Translations under genes and position numbers: made by a program
Notes under the pieces: generated by a model
Database searches by the model: none
What the model saw: only the letters and a program-made list of their open reading frames with translations
What the model was told of the DNA's origin: nothing
Part shown: positions 18,011 through 28,138 of the stretch, one piece after another
Layout of the letters: every line of letters begins with the position of its first letter
Numbering within the stretch: position 1 is the stretch's first letter
Virus record (IMG/VR): IMGVR_UViG_3300035182_002389
Coordinates: 64,001 to 128,000 of that record
DNA length: 64,000 nt
Reading direction: 5' to 3' (one strand)
Source of the DNA: a virus
Lineage: Duplodnaviria > Caudoviricetes

Positions 18011-18961
18011 TTACGCCGACGCGGCGGCGTAGAGCTTGTCGAACTCGTCTTGGTTCCAGCCGACCAGAAGGTCGCCGTTCATGTCGATCACGGGGATGGC
18101 GGTCGTTGCGCCGTTGGTCGCGGTGCCGAGCTTCGTCCACATCGTGAGGTTGTTCTGCGAGCAGGTCGCGTCGCCGCACGCCACGTCCGCGAACGTGTAG
18201 GGGATGCCGGCCGCGTCCGCGTAGGCTCTGGCGGCCTTCGTATGCCCACACCACGTCGCGCCGTAGATGGTGATGGCCGGTTCGACCTTCGTCGCCGGCG
18301 CAGGTGGCGTCGAGCTTGCGGGAGGCGTGTCCGATCCGGTGGGAAAGAGCGGAGGCGGCGCATTGTCTGCGGGCGGGGCGTTGTCCGTCGGCCTCGGCGC
18401 GAAGAGTTCGAGGCCGGCTCGAAAGCGCGACGAGAAGGCGGGCTGCAACGCCTTCAGCGCGGCCGGGCGAAACGCGATGAGGGCAGCCGCAGACTTGAGC
18501 ACGGTCGGTTGCAACTGTGCCTGCATCGTGCGCATCGCGCTGAAGCCGACCGGGGCTTGCCACGGCGTGAACCCGGTCGCGGCGTTCTGAAGCGCGTCGA
18601 TGACCACGCGGTTCTGGAGCAGCGGGGCCGATCGGAAGCTCTGCGAAGACGCGGGGCGCACGAGCTGCATCGTGCTCATCTGGACTTGGTCGGGGGCCTG
18701 GGCAGGCACGGGCGGAGGCTGCGCAGGAGGAGACGGCGACGGCGACGGCGCCGGCAGCGTGGCGATGGTCGGGCCCACCCACGCGCATTTTCCGCTTGGG
18801 TCGCACGCGTACTGCTGCGAGACCCCGTCCGGGAGCGTTCGTACGTCGCCGTCCTTCGCCGTGGTCGCAGGCGCCGAGGGCGTCTTCGTCTTCTTGTAGA
18901 GGACGTACGCGACGCCAACACCGGCGGCGCCGAGGAGCAGATGGAGAGGCTTGATCGACAT
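18011..18961 (-). CDS. membrane-anchored protein with C-terminal glutaredoxin-like domain
   Basis: LLLGAAGVGVAYVLYKK; C-term ITIYGATWCGHTKAARAY...IPVIDMNG...VGW. Confidence 0.75.
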   Translation of the reverse strand: MSIKPLHLLLGAAGVGVAYVLYKKTKTPSAPATTAKDGDVRTLPDGVSQQYACDPSGKCAWVGPTIATLPAPSPSPSPPAQPPPVPAQAPDQVQMSTMQLVRPASSQSFRSAPLLQNRVVIDALQNAATGFTPWQAPVGFSAMRTMQAQLQPTVLKSAAALIAFRPAALKALQPAFSSRFRAGLELFAPRPTDNAPPADNAPPPLFPTGSDTPPASSTPPAPATKVEPAITIYGATWCGHTKAARAYADAAGIPYTFADVACGDATCSQNNLTMWTKLGTATNGATTAIPVIDMNGDLLVGWNQDEFDKLYAAASA

Positions 18962-18971
18962 GAGGGTCCTC

Positions 18972-18986
18972 GGCTTACCGCAAGCC
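18972..18986. promoter_or_regulatory. dyad motif
   Basis: GGCTTACCGCAAGCC, 10 nt upstream of the ATG at 18961. Confidence 0.75.
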
Positions 18987-18993
18987 TACACGT

Positions 18994-19416
18994 TCATCCG
19001 CGCGCGAGGTACTTCACGCATTCGGGGCCGATTCCGCTGGCGATGCTGGCCGGCACCGTGAGCCGCCTTCCACAGCGCCCGCAGCGGCCCTCGTGCCAGA
19101 CCTGGACCATCGGCGGCATCCGGCCCGCGGCGATGTATTTCCAGACCCACTCGAACGCCTTCGCGCTCGGGGCGCCTTCGCCGATCGTGCTCTTGTACGA
19201 GTGACGGTAGGCGCCGTCGGGAAAGACCGTGCCGAGGAACTGGAAGTCCGTCTCGTTCGACGAGCCCCGCAGCACGCCGACGAAGGTCGGCATCGTCGGG
19301 TTCTTTCGCCAGAGTCGGTAGGTGAAGCGCGTGCCCGTCTTTTCCGAGACGAGCGTGACCACCGCGCGACCCGCGAGCATGAAGTCGCGGATCTGTTTCG
19401 GGTCGTGCATCTGCAT
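18994..19416 (-). CDS. DUF6011-type phage protein (C-terminal Zn finger)
   Basis: AGRAVVTLVSEKTGTRFTYR...GRCGRCGRRLTVPASIASGIGPEC. Confidence 0.8.
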   Translation of the reverse strand: MQMHDPKQIRDFMLAGRAVVTLVSEKTGTRFTYRLWRKNPTMPTFVGVLRGSSNETDFQFLGTVFPDGAYRHSYKSTIGEGAPSAKAFEWVWKYIAAGRMPPMVQVWHEGRCGRCGRRLTVPASIASGIGPECVKYLARG

Positions 19417-19433
19417 GGGAGGATCCTTCGTGT

Positions 19434-20564
19434 TCAGACGAGCGTGCCGTCGGCGTAGACCCACGCCGTGCCATTCCACCAGATCGGTTTGCCGTTGGCT
19501 CCGAGGGAGGTGTCGAAGTACGGCAGGCCGATGTTCTGCCCCGCGGCGAGAGGCGGACGCTGCGCAGTCGGACCCGCGAACGAGATGCCGCCCGGCAGGT
19601 TCACGAGCGTGCCCGTGAAGCCCACGGTCGGCGGGGTCACCGGCGAAGAGGTGCCGATGATCCAGAGCTGCGTCGTGCCGTCGCCCGAGACGACGTTTGC
19701 GGGAGACTGGCCGGGATTCAGCAGCGAGAGGATGCCGATGGCGTTCGGCGCGATGGCGATGATCGGGGCCGTCGAACCTGGATCGATCACGGAGGCGTTG
19801 TACAGCGCGACGATGACGCCGGGCCCGCCTCCCGTGTTCGGGGCATCCATCAGCGCCCGGCTCCCGAGGTTGCTCAGCGCCGCGCCAAGCTGGAGCACGA
19901 GCGCAGGAGGTTCGGCGGGGTTCGGCGCGTCGAAGGCGAAGGTTGCGAGCGAGGAGGGGATTCCTCGCACGGTCATCGAACCGACGATGCTGCTCAGGTT
20001 GCGAAGCTGCACGCCTTCGGGCGCTTCGAGCCGGTTCATGTCGGGGTTGCTGAAGGCCACCGACCGAAGGGTCGCGAGCTTCATGTCGTAGACGCCGAGC
20101 GGAATCGAGAACGGTCCCGACGTGACGCAGTCGATCCAGACGTCGATGGGCGAGGCGCTGAGGGCGATGAGGTCCATGACCTCGCCCCAGGTGTGCGCGT
20201 AACGAACGTCGGTCGGCGGCGCGTCCGGCTTGAAGATGATGCTGACCGGGTTCTCGTCGATCGCAGGAGCGTCCACGATACTCGTGCGAATCCACCGACC
20301 GATGCCCGTCGCATCGTGCGAAGTGGCCTGCTTTGCGCACAGGGCGCCCATCGCATCGCGTGCTTGCGGACCGTTGCAGGTCGACAGGACGTTGACGCCC
20401 GTGACCGCCGGCGCCGGGACGTGGAAGCTCAACCTATAGTAGCGTTCGAGGCTCTCCACGTGCGCGAGGCAGCCATCTTCGAGGCCGCTCGTGTCCGTGT
20501 TCTGAAGATCGCACGTCGTCTCGACGCGCAGAAATCCCGGGAACGGATTGTAGCCTTCCGTCAT
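19434..20564 (-). CDS. tail fibre/spike-like virion protein
   Basis: shares about 100-aa N-terminus with 20631..22220; C-term GLPYFDTSLG..KPIWWNGTAWV resembles phage fibre tips. Confidence 0.6.
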   Translation of the reverse strand: MTEGYNPFPGFLRVETTCDLQNTDTSGLEDGCLAHVESLERYYRLSFHVPAPAVTGVNVLSTCNGPQARDAMGALCAKQATSHDATGIGRWIRTSIVDAPAIDENPVSIIFKPDAPPTDVRYAHTWGEVMDLIALSASPIDVWIDCVTSGPFSIPLGVYDMKLATLRSVAFSNPDMNRLEAPEGVQLRNLSSIVGSMTVRGIPSSLATFAFDAPNPAEPPALVLQLGAALSNLGSRALMDAPNTGGGPGVIVALYNASVIDPGSTAPIIAIAPNAIGILSLLNPGQSPANVVSGDGTTQLWIIGTSSPVTPPTVGFTGTLVNLPGGISFAGPTAQRPPLAAGQNIGLPYFDTSLGANGKPIWWNGTAWVYADGTLV

Positions 20565-20600
20565 GAAGACCATCGTCCTCGATCTACGCGGGCGAGACAA

Positions 20601-20615
20601 GGCTTACGCCAAGTC
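20601..20615. promoter_or_regulatory. dyad motif
   Basis: GGCTTACGCCAAGTC between fibre genes. Confidence 0.75.
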
Positions 20616-20630
20616 TCACCCGGCCCAGGT

Positions 20631-22220
20631 CTACTTCGACCAGACCTGCCAGTAGACCGTCTGCGCCGCGTCCGCCGCCCCGCCCTTGCTCGTGATCGTG
20701 AAACTGACGCCGGCATTCACGTTCGAGAGGTAGAGAAAGCCCGTCGGCGCGACGCCGTTCGACTGGTAGCTGTACGTGACCGGCGTGCTGCCGCTGATTG
20801 CGGGAAGAAGAACGGTGAGCGCGCCGGCGCCATCCAGGGGGCCCTCACCGCTCGCAAGCGGTACGAGCGCCTTGAGCGCGTCGATTGCGTTCTGCACCGA
20901 TCCGCCAGGGCCGGTGAACGTGGGGAAGAGCACGGGCTGACCGGCAAGGACCGTCGCCCCAGGCGCCGGCGCACCCGGCGAGTTCAGGGCGCGCAGCTCG
21001 ATGTTCTCGCTGTCGAGGATCGTGACCACCGCGTAGCTGCCGCCACCAATCCCGATGAAGTCGCCCACGTGCAGGCACTGCGTCGAGTCGAACTTCGGCG
21101 TGATGGTCGACCAGAAGGCGGGCTGCACGAACGGCGTGATGAGATTCGCTTTGACCAGCGTGGGGGTGTGGGCCGCGTCGTCGTACGAGGCCTGCACGGC
21201 CTGGCTCAGCGTCGCCGCGAACCCGAACGGGCCCTGCCACGCGGGCTGGTTCGGCACGCCGTAGAACCACGTCGAGTCGTAGATGAAGTAGAGCCCAGCA
21301 CCCGGAGGACCCTTGAACGTGTTGTCGTAGCTGGTCGGTCCGAACGCAGGACCTGTCGAGCTGAACGCGATGAAACCGATGCCCGCGCCCGGCGCCGGTC
21401 CGCACTCGACGATCGGGATCGGGAACGAGCCGATGTCGAATGCAAGGTCGTTGAAGGACGCGACGAGGACGCCGCCTTGCGGCAAGTAGAGGCCAGAACG
21501 CGCGGTCGTCGCGACATTCTGGAGCCGAGCGCCTCTTGAGAAGGTGAGCAGGTTCGCGTCGTCCTGGATGATGCAGGGGCCCGTGCGCGCGTCGAGCTGA
21601 ATGACCAGGCCGTCTGTCACCTCGTAGAGATTTCGGATGACTCCGCCGAGGGGCTGGCGGAGGATCAGGTTCGGCGAGACGCCGCTCGGGCCCGTCGGGA
21701 TGTTCGCGCCCGCGAGGGTGAGGCGACCTTGGCCGTCCATCGGCACGGTCCACGGCGCGGGGGTCGCGGGCGGCATGAGCGAGTCGTCGACCTCGACGAT
21801 CAAGGCTCCGTTCGCGAGCGCAACCTGCGCCGCGACCTCGACGTCGGTCGCGAAGACATTGCCCTCGCTCACGCCGTTCGGGCGGTAGATGATCGTGCCC
21901 GAGCCCGAGGGCGAAGCTGTCGAGTCGAGGATCGAGGTGCGCACCCACCGCCCGATGCCGGTCGGGCTGTGCGCGCTCTGCCCCGGCTGCACGCAGGGGG
22001 CTCCGAACGCGTCGAGCCCGTCGGGCCCGTTCCAGGTCGAGAGCACGTTGACGCCGTCGACCGCGGGCGCGGGGACCTTCGTGCTCAGGCGGTAAAACCG
22101 GCCCGTGTCGACCACATATGCGAGGCAGCCCTCTTCGAGCCCGTCGGTCGACGAGTTCTGAAGCTCGCACGTCGTGGGCGCGGTGAGAAAGCCCGGGAAC
22201 GGGTTGTAGCCTTCGGTCAT
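20631..22220 (-). CDS. tail fibre/spike-like virion protein
   Basis: MTEGYNPFPGFL N-terminal module; beta-rich body. Confidence 0.6.
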   Translation of the reverse strand: MTEGYNPFPGFLTAPTTCELQNSSTDGLEEGCLAYVVDTGRFYRLSTKVPAPAVDGVNVLSTWNGPDGLDAFGAPCVQPGQSAHSPTGIGRWVRTSILDSTASPSGSGTIIYRPNGVSEGNVFATDVEVAAQVALANGALIVEVDDSLMPPATPAPWTVPMDGQGRLTLAGANIPTGPSGVSPNLILRQPLGGVIRNLYEVTDGLVIQLDARTGPCIIQDDANLLTFSRGARLQNVATTARSGLYLPQGGVLVASFNDLAFDIGSFPIPIVECGPAPGAGIGFIAFSSTGPAFGPTSYDNTFKGPPGAGLYFIYDSTWFYGVPNQPAWQGPFGFAATLSQAVQASYDDAAHTPTLVKANLITPFVQPAFWSTITPKFDSTQCLHVGDFIGIGGGSYAVVTILDSENIELRALNSPGAPAPGATVLAGQPVLFPTFTGPGGSVQNAIDALKALVPLASGEGPLDGAGALTVLLPAISGSTPVTYSYQSNGVAPTGFLYLSNVNAGVSFTITSKGGAADAAQTVYWQVWSK

Positions 22221-22247
22221 GCGTCCGAGCGTACACGAGCGCGCTCA

Positions 22248-22262
22248 GACTTGCGACAAGTC
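22248..22262. promoter_or_regulatory. dyad motif
   Basis: GACTTGCGACAAGTC. Confidence 0.75.
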
Positions 22263-22270
22263 GGACGAGG

Positions 22271-23647
22271 TCAGCGGATGCGCGTCATCGAAGCCGCGGC
22301 AAAGCCGCTGTTCACGCCTCCGCCGAAACCGGCCGCGTTGGTTGCGAGGTCGAGATTCGCGATGGTGAAGTTGCGCACCGTCGTGAGCGCGGGAGGCGCA
22401 ACCGTCGTGTCGTAGGCCGCCCCAGAAGTCGCCCCGTTCAACTTGAAATCGTAGGTCGCGGTGTCCGCACCGCGAGCCTGCACGCCCCCAGTCCACGTTG
22501 AGGGGAGGCACTGAACGACCCCGCAGCGAACCTCGAAGACGTACGAGCCCGCGACCGCCGAGAGGCCCGCGATGGAGTTCGAGGGACCGTTGACGAAGAA
22601 GCTCGCGCCTCTATCGACTTGGACGGCCGCGTTGGACCAATCCATGAACAGGACCTCGGTCCCAAACACGAAACATCCCGGATGGCCGAGATTCACGGTG
22701 ACGCCTTGAAATAGCGTTCCTTGGCTGAAGATGGTGAAGCCTGGTTCCCCGAAGCCGGGAGCGATGAGGAACAGGCCTCCGCGCCACTGCCACGAAGCCG
22801 GACCCGACGCTCCGAAGGTGATGGCTCCAGCCCCCGTCGGGCTACAGCAGTTGTAGGTCAGAACATTGCCCGACATGTACGTGCCAAACACCGTCGAAGA
22901 GAACCGGCAACTGAACATGTAGAGGTGGGCGTCGTTGCCCACGAAACTGTCCACGATCGTCGACGAGCGGAAATCGCAGAACTGCGCGAACATGCCGTTC
23001 GGTGCGACGAAGATCACGGCTCCCTTCGCATGAAAGCGAACCGCTCCCGTGAACACCGTCATCGTGTAGACGGAGAACGCGTCCGCGCTCACCGGAGCCA
23101 CCTCCGTCGCGAGAATCGTGACCGTGGAAGGCAGAACGCGAAACGTCGGGCAAAGCCGGTAGTGGCCGGCCACCCCGTTCCACGCGGTGACGACCTTGCC
23201 GATCCAGGCGTAACAGTTCGCGGTCGAGTCGTAGAAGAGCGCGCTGCCGACGTAGGCGTCGAGGTTTGCGTTGACCGAGATTTCGAGCGCGAGCCCCGAA
23301 GCCTGCGAGCGCTGATGGTCGACCGTGAGCACGCCGCTCGCGACCGACGTCAGCGTTCCCTGAATGATGACCTGTCCGCCCGACTGGAGATACGGCTCGA
23401 AAGTCAGGTCTTCGGCGACCGTCGCATCGAGGAACGTGATGGTCACGACCGCCGAGACGATCGGCGAGACGCCGTAGCGCTTGATGAATGCTGCGAACGT
23501 CTTCAGTGGCGCGGTCGAGGAGAGGCCGGTGTTCGCGTCGCTGCCGGTCGCGTTGCTGATCCAGATGGACAGGGCGGAGGAGATCGTCGCCGTCGACGTC
23601 TGCTGGATGAACTGCGAGATGCTCCCGGGGCTGTTGACGACGTTCAT
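22271..23647 (-). CDS. beta-helix (pectin-lyase-like) fibre/spike protein
   Basis: IWISNATGSDANTG...APLKT motif; paralog of 23667..25013. Confidence 0.55.
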   Translation of the reverse strand: MNVVNSPGSISQFIQQTSTATISSALSIWISNATGSDANTGLSSTAPLKTFAAFIKRYGVSPIVSAVVTITFLDATVAEDLTFEPYLQSGGQVIIQGTLTSVASGVLTVDHQRSQASGLALEISVNANLDAYVGSALFYDSTANCYAWIGKVVTAWNGVAGHYRLCPTFRVLPSTVTILATEVAPVSADAFSVYTMTVFTGAVRFHAKGAVIFVAPNGMFAQFCDFRSSTIVDSFVGNDAHLYMFSCRFSSTVFGTYMSGNVLTYNCCSPTGAGAITFGASGPASWQWRGGLFLIAPGFGEPGFTIFSQGTLFQGVTVNLGHPGCFVFGTEVLFMDWSNAAVQVDRGASFFVNGPSNSIAGLSAVAGSYVFEVRCGVVQCLPSTWTGGVQARGADTATYDFKLNGATSGAAYDTTVAPPALTTVRNFTIANLDLATNAAGFGGGVNSGFAAASMTRIR

Positions 23648-23666
23648 GGGTTTCTTCCTCTACCGA

Positions 23667-25013
23667 TCAAACCAGAGCCGCGGAGCCGTTCAGTCGAGAC
23701 GTGCTGCCGCCAAACCCAGAGACACCTGCCGCGGCATCGAGATGAGCAAAGGTGTACGTCACCTCGGCGGCTTGGATCCCCGAGCCCGGAACGTAGGGAG
23801 ACCCTTGCGTCTGCAACGGCAGCCCGATTTTGAAATCGTACGATGCAGTAGCCTGCCCTCGCGCATACACGCTTACGGCCCACGACGCCCCGAGATGCTG
23901 GGCGACGCCGCTCTCTCCTCGAATGACGTAGCTGCCCAACGCGGTGCTTGTCCCCGAGAGCTTTGAGATGCTGAACAAGCCTCCGTTGTCGAAACGAAGG
24001 GCTTGAACGGGCCAGTCCTGAACCATGGCATCGCCGATGAAAACCTGAGCGCATTGAGCGTAAGAATCGATCTCTCCGCCCTGCACCGTGAAGCCCGTCA
24101 AAAGGGTCACGGGAGTGCGGAAGGTAAGGTTGTTGATCGCCCCACCGCCAAGCAGATAGTAGGTCTGACCGTTGGAGTCGACGGGCCCTAGACTTGCCGC
24201 CGTCACCAACGCGTTCGAGATGAAGGATCCAGATCCAGTGGCGTATGTGAACGCCCCAGAATAGCGGACGTTTGCGGCGCACCCATACTTCGAGCTGCTT
24301 GTGAAGAGGGCCGGCTGATTGGTCGCGCTGGAGAAATCGGCGTTGATGACCCACATCGCACTGACGCTCGACCAAGTCTCGTTGCCTTGCGCCTGGATGT
24401 TGAACGCCCCCGAGAACTTCGTGAACGATACGAGATTGTAGGTATTGCCGTTCGCGACCGTTGCGACCTCCGTCGGAAACGGTCCGACAGCGACGCCGCA
24501 CTGAACGAGGGGCGTGAGGCGAACCTTGTTCGATCCCGTGTCCTTGATCGGCCAAGCGACCGCGCCGGTTCCCGACCCACTGGTCATGACGATCATGTTG
24601 ATCCCGACGTAGGTTGCCCACGTCTTCGTCGAATCCGTGATTTCGAGCGACGTGTTCGTAGTCGCGTTCCTCTGCGTCGGAACCGCCGTCAGCGAGCCCG
24701 AAGCAACAGTCGTCTGAGTGCCTGCCAAGACCACGGTTCCGCTCGAACCGACGATGGGCGAAAAGAAAATGTCCTCCGTCACCGTCGCGTCCAAAAACGT
24801 GATGATCAGCGAGGCGTTGACGATCGGCGAGACACCGTAGCGCGACACAAACGCGGCGAAGGTTGCGAGCGGCGCCGCCGCCGAGGTCCCCGCGTTCGCG
24901 TCGTTGCCGGTCGCGGCGCTCACCCAGATGCTCAGCGGCGTCGAGATGACGCCGCTCAGGGACGGCGAGAAGAACTGGTTGACGGAGCCGGGGCTGTTGA
25001 TGATGTCGGTCAT
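23667..25013 (-). CDS. beta-helix (pectin-lyase-like) fibre/spike protein
   Basis: IWVSAATGNDANAG...APLAT motif; paralog of 22271..23647. Confidence 0.55.
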   Translation of the reverse strand: MTDIINSPGSVNQFFSPSLSGVISTPLSIWVSAATGNDANAGTSAAAPLATFAAFVSRYGVSPIVNASLIITFLDATVTEDIFFSPIVGSSGTVVLAGTQTTVASGSLTAVPTQRNATTNTSLEITDSTKTWATYVGINMIVMTSGSGTGAVAWPIKDTGSNKVRLTPLVQCGVAVGPFPTEVATVANGNTYNLVSFTKFSGAFNIQAQGNETWSSVSAMWVINADFSSATNQPALFTSSSKYGCAANVRYSGAFTYATGSGSFISNALVTAASLGPVDSNGQTYYLLGGGAINNLTFRTPVTLLTGFTVQGGEIDSYAQCAQVFIGDAMVQDWPVQALRFDNGGLFSISKLSGTSTALGSYVIRGESGVAQHLGASWAVSVYARGQATASYDFKIGLPLQTQGSPYVPGSGIQAAEVTYTFAHLDAAAGVSGFGGSTSRLNGSAALV

Positions 25014-25044
25014 GGGCGTTGCCTCTTCGAGTCCTTGTGGGTTC

Positions 25045-25059
25045 GACTTGCTGCAAGCC
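25045..25059. promoter_or_regulatory. dyad motif
   Basis: GACTTGCTGCAAGCC. Confidence 0.75.
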
Positions 25060-25064
25060 GCCGA

Positions 25065-27782
25065 TTACAGGAGCACCGGCGCTGCGATCTGAACGAGGAC
25101 CGTGCCATTGGTCCCGTCGGCCGCGGCGAGGAGGCCCACGCGCAGGATCCAGTCGCCCTTCACGTACGCGCTCACGTCGAGGGTGAGCTTGCCAGGCGAT
25201 TTCGCCATGAAGACCGGCTGACCTGCGTTGGCCGCGAGGGGTGCTGCGGCCCACACGGTCGCACCCGCGGTCGTCGTGATCTTGCCGCCCGTCTGGATGA
25301 CGACGGAGCCCGGGAAACCGCCCGAGACCGTCGAGAGGCCGAGCGCGTAGCCTGCGAGGGCGCCCTGGCCGCCGACTCCGTCATTGGCCGCGTCGGTGTT
25401 GAAGACCTTTGCCGTGCCCGCGACGTCCTTGTAGAAGACTGGCGAGCCAATGCCGACCATCGCTTCGCCGGCCACCTCGGTGACAACGGTCGTCGATGCT
25501 GCGGCGCCCGAGTGGGTGTGCAGAGCATCCGCGTTCGACGTCGAGCCGGCCGTGAGCGTGTCGAGGTTCGCGGCGGTGACCTGCCCCACGCCGGATACGT
25601 TGTGCACGTGCACGCCGGCAATCGCGAAATTGTCCGTCGCCGTTGCGCTGCCGCCCGGCAGGTCGATGTAGCCCGTCGCGGCGCAGCTCAGGACGATGCC
25701 CGCCTGCACGACGGTGTTCGACGAGAGCTTGACGGAGTTGGTGTTCGCCGCGCCGAGGACGACGTCGCCCTTGGTCGCGCCGTTGCCGGCGTTGAGCGTG
25801 ACGTTGCCGCCCGTCGTCGTGCCCGCACCGCCCGTGAGCGTGACGCCGCCGCCCGTCGTCGTGCCTGCACCGCCCGCGATGGACGTCAGGCCGCCGACCC
25901 CTGCTGCGCCCGAGCCGGCCGCGATGGTAAGCGCGCCGCCCGTCGTCGAGCCCGAGCCTGCCGTGAGGCCGACCGTGCCGCCGCTGCCTCCCGCGCTCGC
26001 GCCCGCCGTGAGCGTGAGGTTGCCTCCAACTGTTCCGCCGGCCGCCGCAGCCACCGCGGCGTTGCCGCCCGCGCCCGCCGCGGAGCTGCCTCCCGTGAGG
26101 CTCGCCGCGCCGCCCGCACCGCTTGCTGCGCCTGCCGCGCCGCCGTTGATGGAGACTGCGCCGCCCGTGCCCGAGGTCGTCGAGGTGCCACCGTTCAATG
26201 TGAGCGCGCCCGAGGCCGCGCTGTCGGCGCCGCCGGCCGAGATCGTCAGGCTGCCGCCCACCGTCGCGCCCGTAGAGGCCGCGACGCCGAACGAATAGGT
26301 GCCCGCGCCCTGCGTCTTGGTGAAGGTCGTCGTCTGGTTCGAGATCGAGAAAACGCCCGAGTTCAGCGCGGCGCCCGTGCCGTGGATCTTGACGAAGCCG
26401 TGCGTCGAAGTGCCGCCGCCGATGAAGATGCTGTCGGTCGTGTAGCTCGCCGTGATCTGCGTACCGATCGAGATGGTGCCGCTCGACGAGACGCCGGTGC
26501 CGCCGTCGATGTTGACCGAACCGCCGCCGGCAGTGTCCGCGATGCCGCCCGCGATCTGAATGGCGCCGCCGACGAAGGTCGCGCCCTTGCTGTTGCCACC
26601 GAGGACCAGGACCGCGCCGCCCGTACCGATGGTGTTCGCGTCGCCGCCGTAGACGTGCACGGCGCCGCCCGTGCTGCTGACGGTGCCCCAGCCTTGGCCA
26701 CCCGTCAGCTCCAATGCGCCACCGACGCCCGACGTCGCACCACCACCGCCGGCCCACACCGAAGTGATGGCACCGTTGCCGGTCGCGCCCGCGTCGCCTG
26801 CGTACAGCAGCAGCGTCCCGCCGCTACCGCTACCGAACCCAAAGCCCGATGAGAAGCTTGCTCCGCCGCCCACATCGTTCGCGCTGTTCGCCGATCCGGC
26901 CCAGATGTCGAGACCGCCGCCATCGCCAGCCGTCGAGCTGCGCACGTACAGCTCGTAGCTGCCGGCGCCGTTGGTCCGCTCGAACCGCGTCGCCTGATTG
27001 AAGATCGTCGTGATCCCCGAGTTCAGAGGCGCCGACGCGATACCGTGAAGGAGGATCGTGCCGTTGGCCGACGTCCCTCCACCGATATGGATGTTGTTGG
27101 TCGTGTACGTCGCGAGAGCCTGTGTACCGATCTTGACGTCGCCCGTCGCGATTGTTGCGACCGTGCCCTTGCCGCCGTCGATGAGGACGTTGCCGCCGGT
27201 GCCCGCGCCAGCGATGTTCGGACCGCCGTAGACATGCGCATCGCCTGCGGTCGACCCTGCGCTCGTACCGCTACCCCCGCGCAGCTCCGAGTTGCCGCCC
27301 GTGAGACCGCCGGTGCCGCCCGCCATGAAAAGCGCGCCACCGACGCCCTGACCCGCCGTACCACCCGCATACCCTCCGAAGATGGAAGCTCCGCCGCCCA
27401 ACGTGTCGTTGGAGGAAAAACCTGCCGAGATGTCCACCGCACCGCCCGTGACACCAGAGCCGCCGCGCAAAGACGCATCGCCGCCCGTGCCGAGCGTGGA
27501 AGCGCCTGCCGTGAGGCTTGCTGCGCCGCCTGTGCTCGCGGTCGAAGAGGCGCCGCCCGTCAGCGAAAGGCCTCCGCCGACCCCGGCCGTCGCGCCACCC
27601 GCGCCCGCTGTCACGCTGAGCGCGTAGCCGACCCCAGTGCCCGCGCCAAAGGGAGCGCTCGTCACCGCGAGCGCGCCGAACGCGTCGATACCGTTGTAGA
27701 CCGACAGCGATTGCGCGGTCTTCAGGCGCGAGTTGACGCCGGCTTGGCTCGTGATCGGGAGGGTCAAGATCGTCGCGGCCAT
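25065..27782 (-). CDS. 905-aa glycine-rich repeat virion fibre protein
   Basis: dozens of GGxxxLxxG repeats; globular C-terminal domain of about 130 aa. Confidence 0.7.
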   Translation of the reverse strand: MAATILTLPITSQAGVNSRLKTAQSLSVYNGIDAFGALAVTSAPFGAGTGVGYALSVTAGAGGATAGVGGGLSLTGGASSTASTGGAASLTAGASTLGTGGDASLRGGSGVTGGAVDISAGFSSNDTLGGGASIFGGYAGGTAGQGVGGALFMAGGTGGLTGGNSELRGGSGTSAGSTAGDAHVYGGPNIAGAGTGGNVLIDGGKGTVATIATGDVKIGTQALATYTTNNIHIGGGTSANGTILLHGIASAPLNSGITTIFNQATRFERTNGAGSYELYVRSSTAGDGGGLDIWAGSANSANDVGGGASFSSGFGFGSGSGGTLLLYAGDAGATGNGAITSVWAGGGGATSGVGGALELTGGQGWGTVSSTGGAVHVYGGDANTIGTGGAVLVLGGNSKGATFVGGAIQIAGGIADTAGGGSVNIDGGTGVSSSGTISIGTQITASYTTDSIFIGGGTSTHGFVKIHGTGAALNSGVFSISNQTTTFTKTQGAGTYSFGVAASTGATVGGSLTISAGGADSAASGALTLNGGTSTTSGTGGAVSINGGAAGAASGAGGAASLTGGSSAAGAGGNAAVAAAAGGTVGGNLTLTAGASAGGSGGTVGLTAGSGSTTGGALTIAAGSGAAGVGGLTSIAGGAGTTTGGGVTLTGGAGTTTGGNVTLNAGNGATKGDVVLGAANTNSVKLSSNTVVQAGIVLSCAATGYIDLPGGSATATDNFAIAGVHVHNVSGVGQVTAANLDTLTAGSTSNADALHTHSGAAASTTVVTEVAGEAMVGIGSPVFYKDVAGTAKVFNTDAANDGVGGQGALAGYALGLSTVSGGFPGSVVIQTGGKITTTAGATVWAAAPLAANAGQPVFMAKSPGKLTLDVSAYVKGDWILRVGLLAAADGTNGTVLVQIAAPVLL

Positions 27783-27867
27783 GCTCTCGGGCTCCTTGTC
27801 GGGCGGTGCTCCGCCATCGTAGCCGACTTACGACAAGCTCCATAGCTCCGCGTGGTACACTCGGGCC

Positions 27868-28116
27868 ATGGCCGCCCGTCGCTCCTCCCTCTCCTCGCTG
27901 CCGCAGTACAGCTCCATCGGCAGCTACACGATCCTCTACCTCGACAAGAAGGGCCACGCGCTCTGTGCGCGTTGCGCGAACAAGCCCGGCGCCGAGATCG
28001 TCCGCGAGAGCACGTACGACGAAGGGCCGGCCATCGAGTGCGACGGCTGCGGCAAGAAGATCAAGTCGTCGTACGGCGTCGCCGTCAGCGCCCGACCCGT
28101 GTCGAAGAAGCGCTGA
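27868..28116 (+). CDS. small Zn-binding phage protein
   Basis: GSYTILY...LCARC...EGPAIECDGCGKKIKSSYG; TACACT 6 nt before the ATG. Confidence 0.7.
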   Translation: MAARRSSLSSLPQYSSIGSYTILYLDKKGHALCARCANKPGAEIVRESTYDEGPAIECDGCGKKIKSSYGVAVSARPVSKKR

Positions 28117-28138
28117 GGCTCCGCGGGCTGACGGTCCG

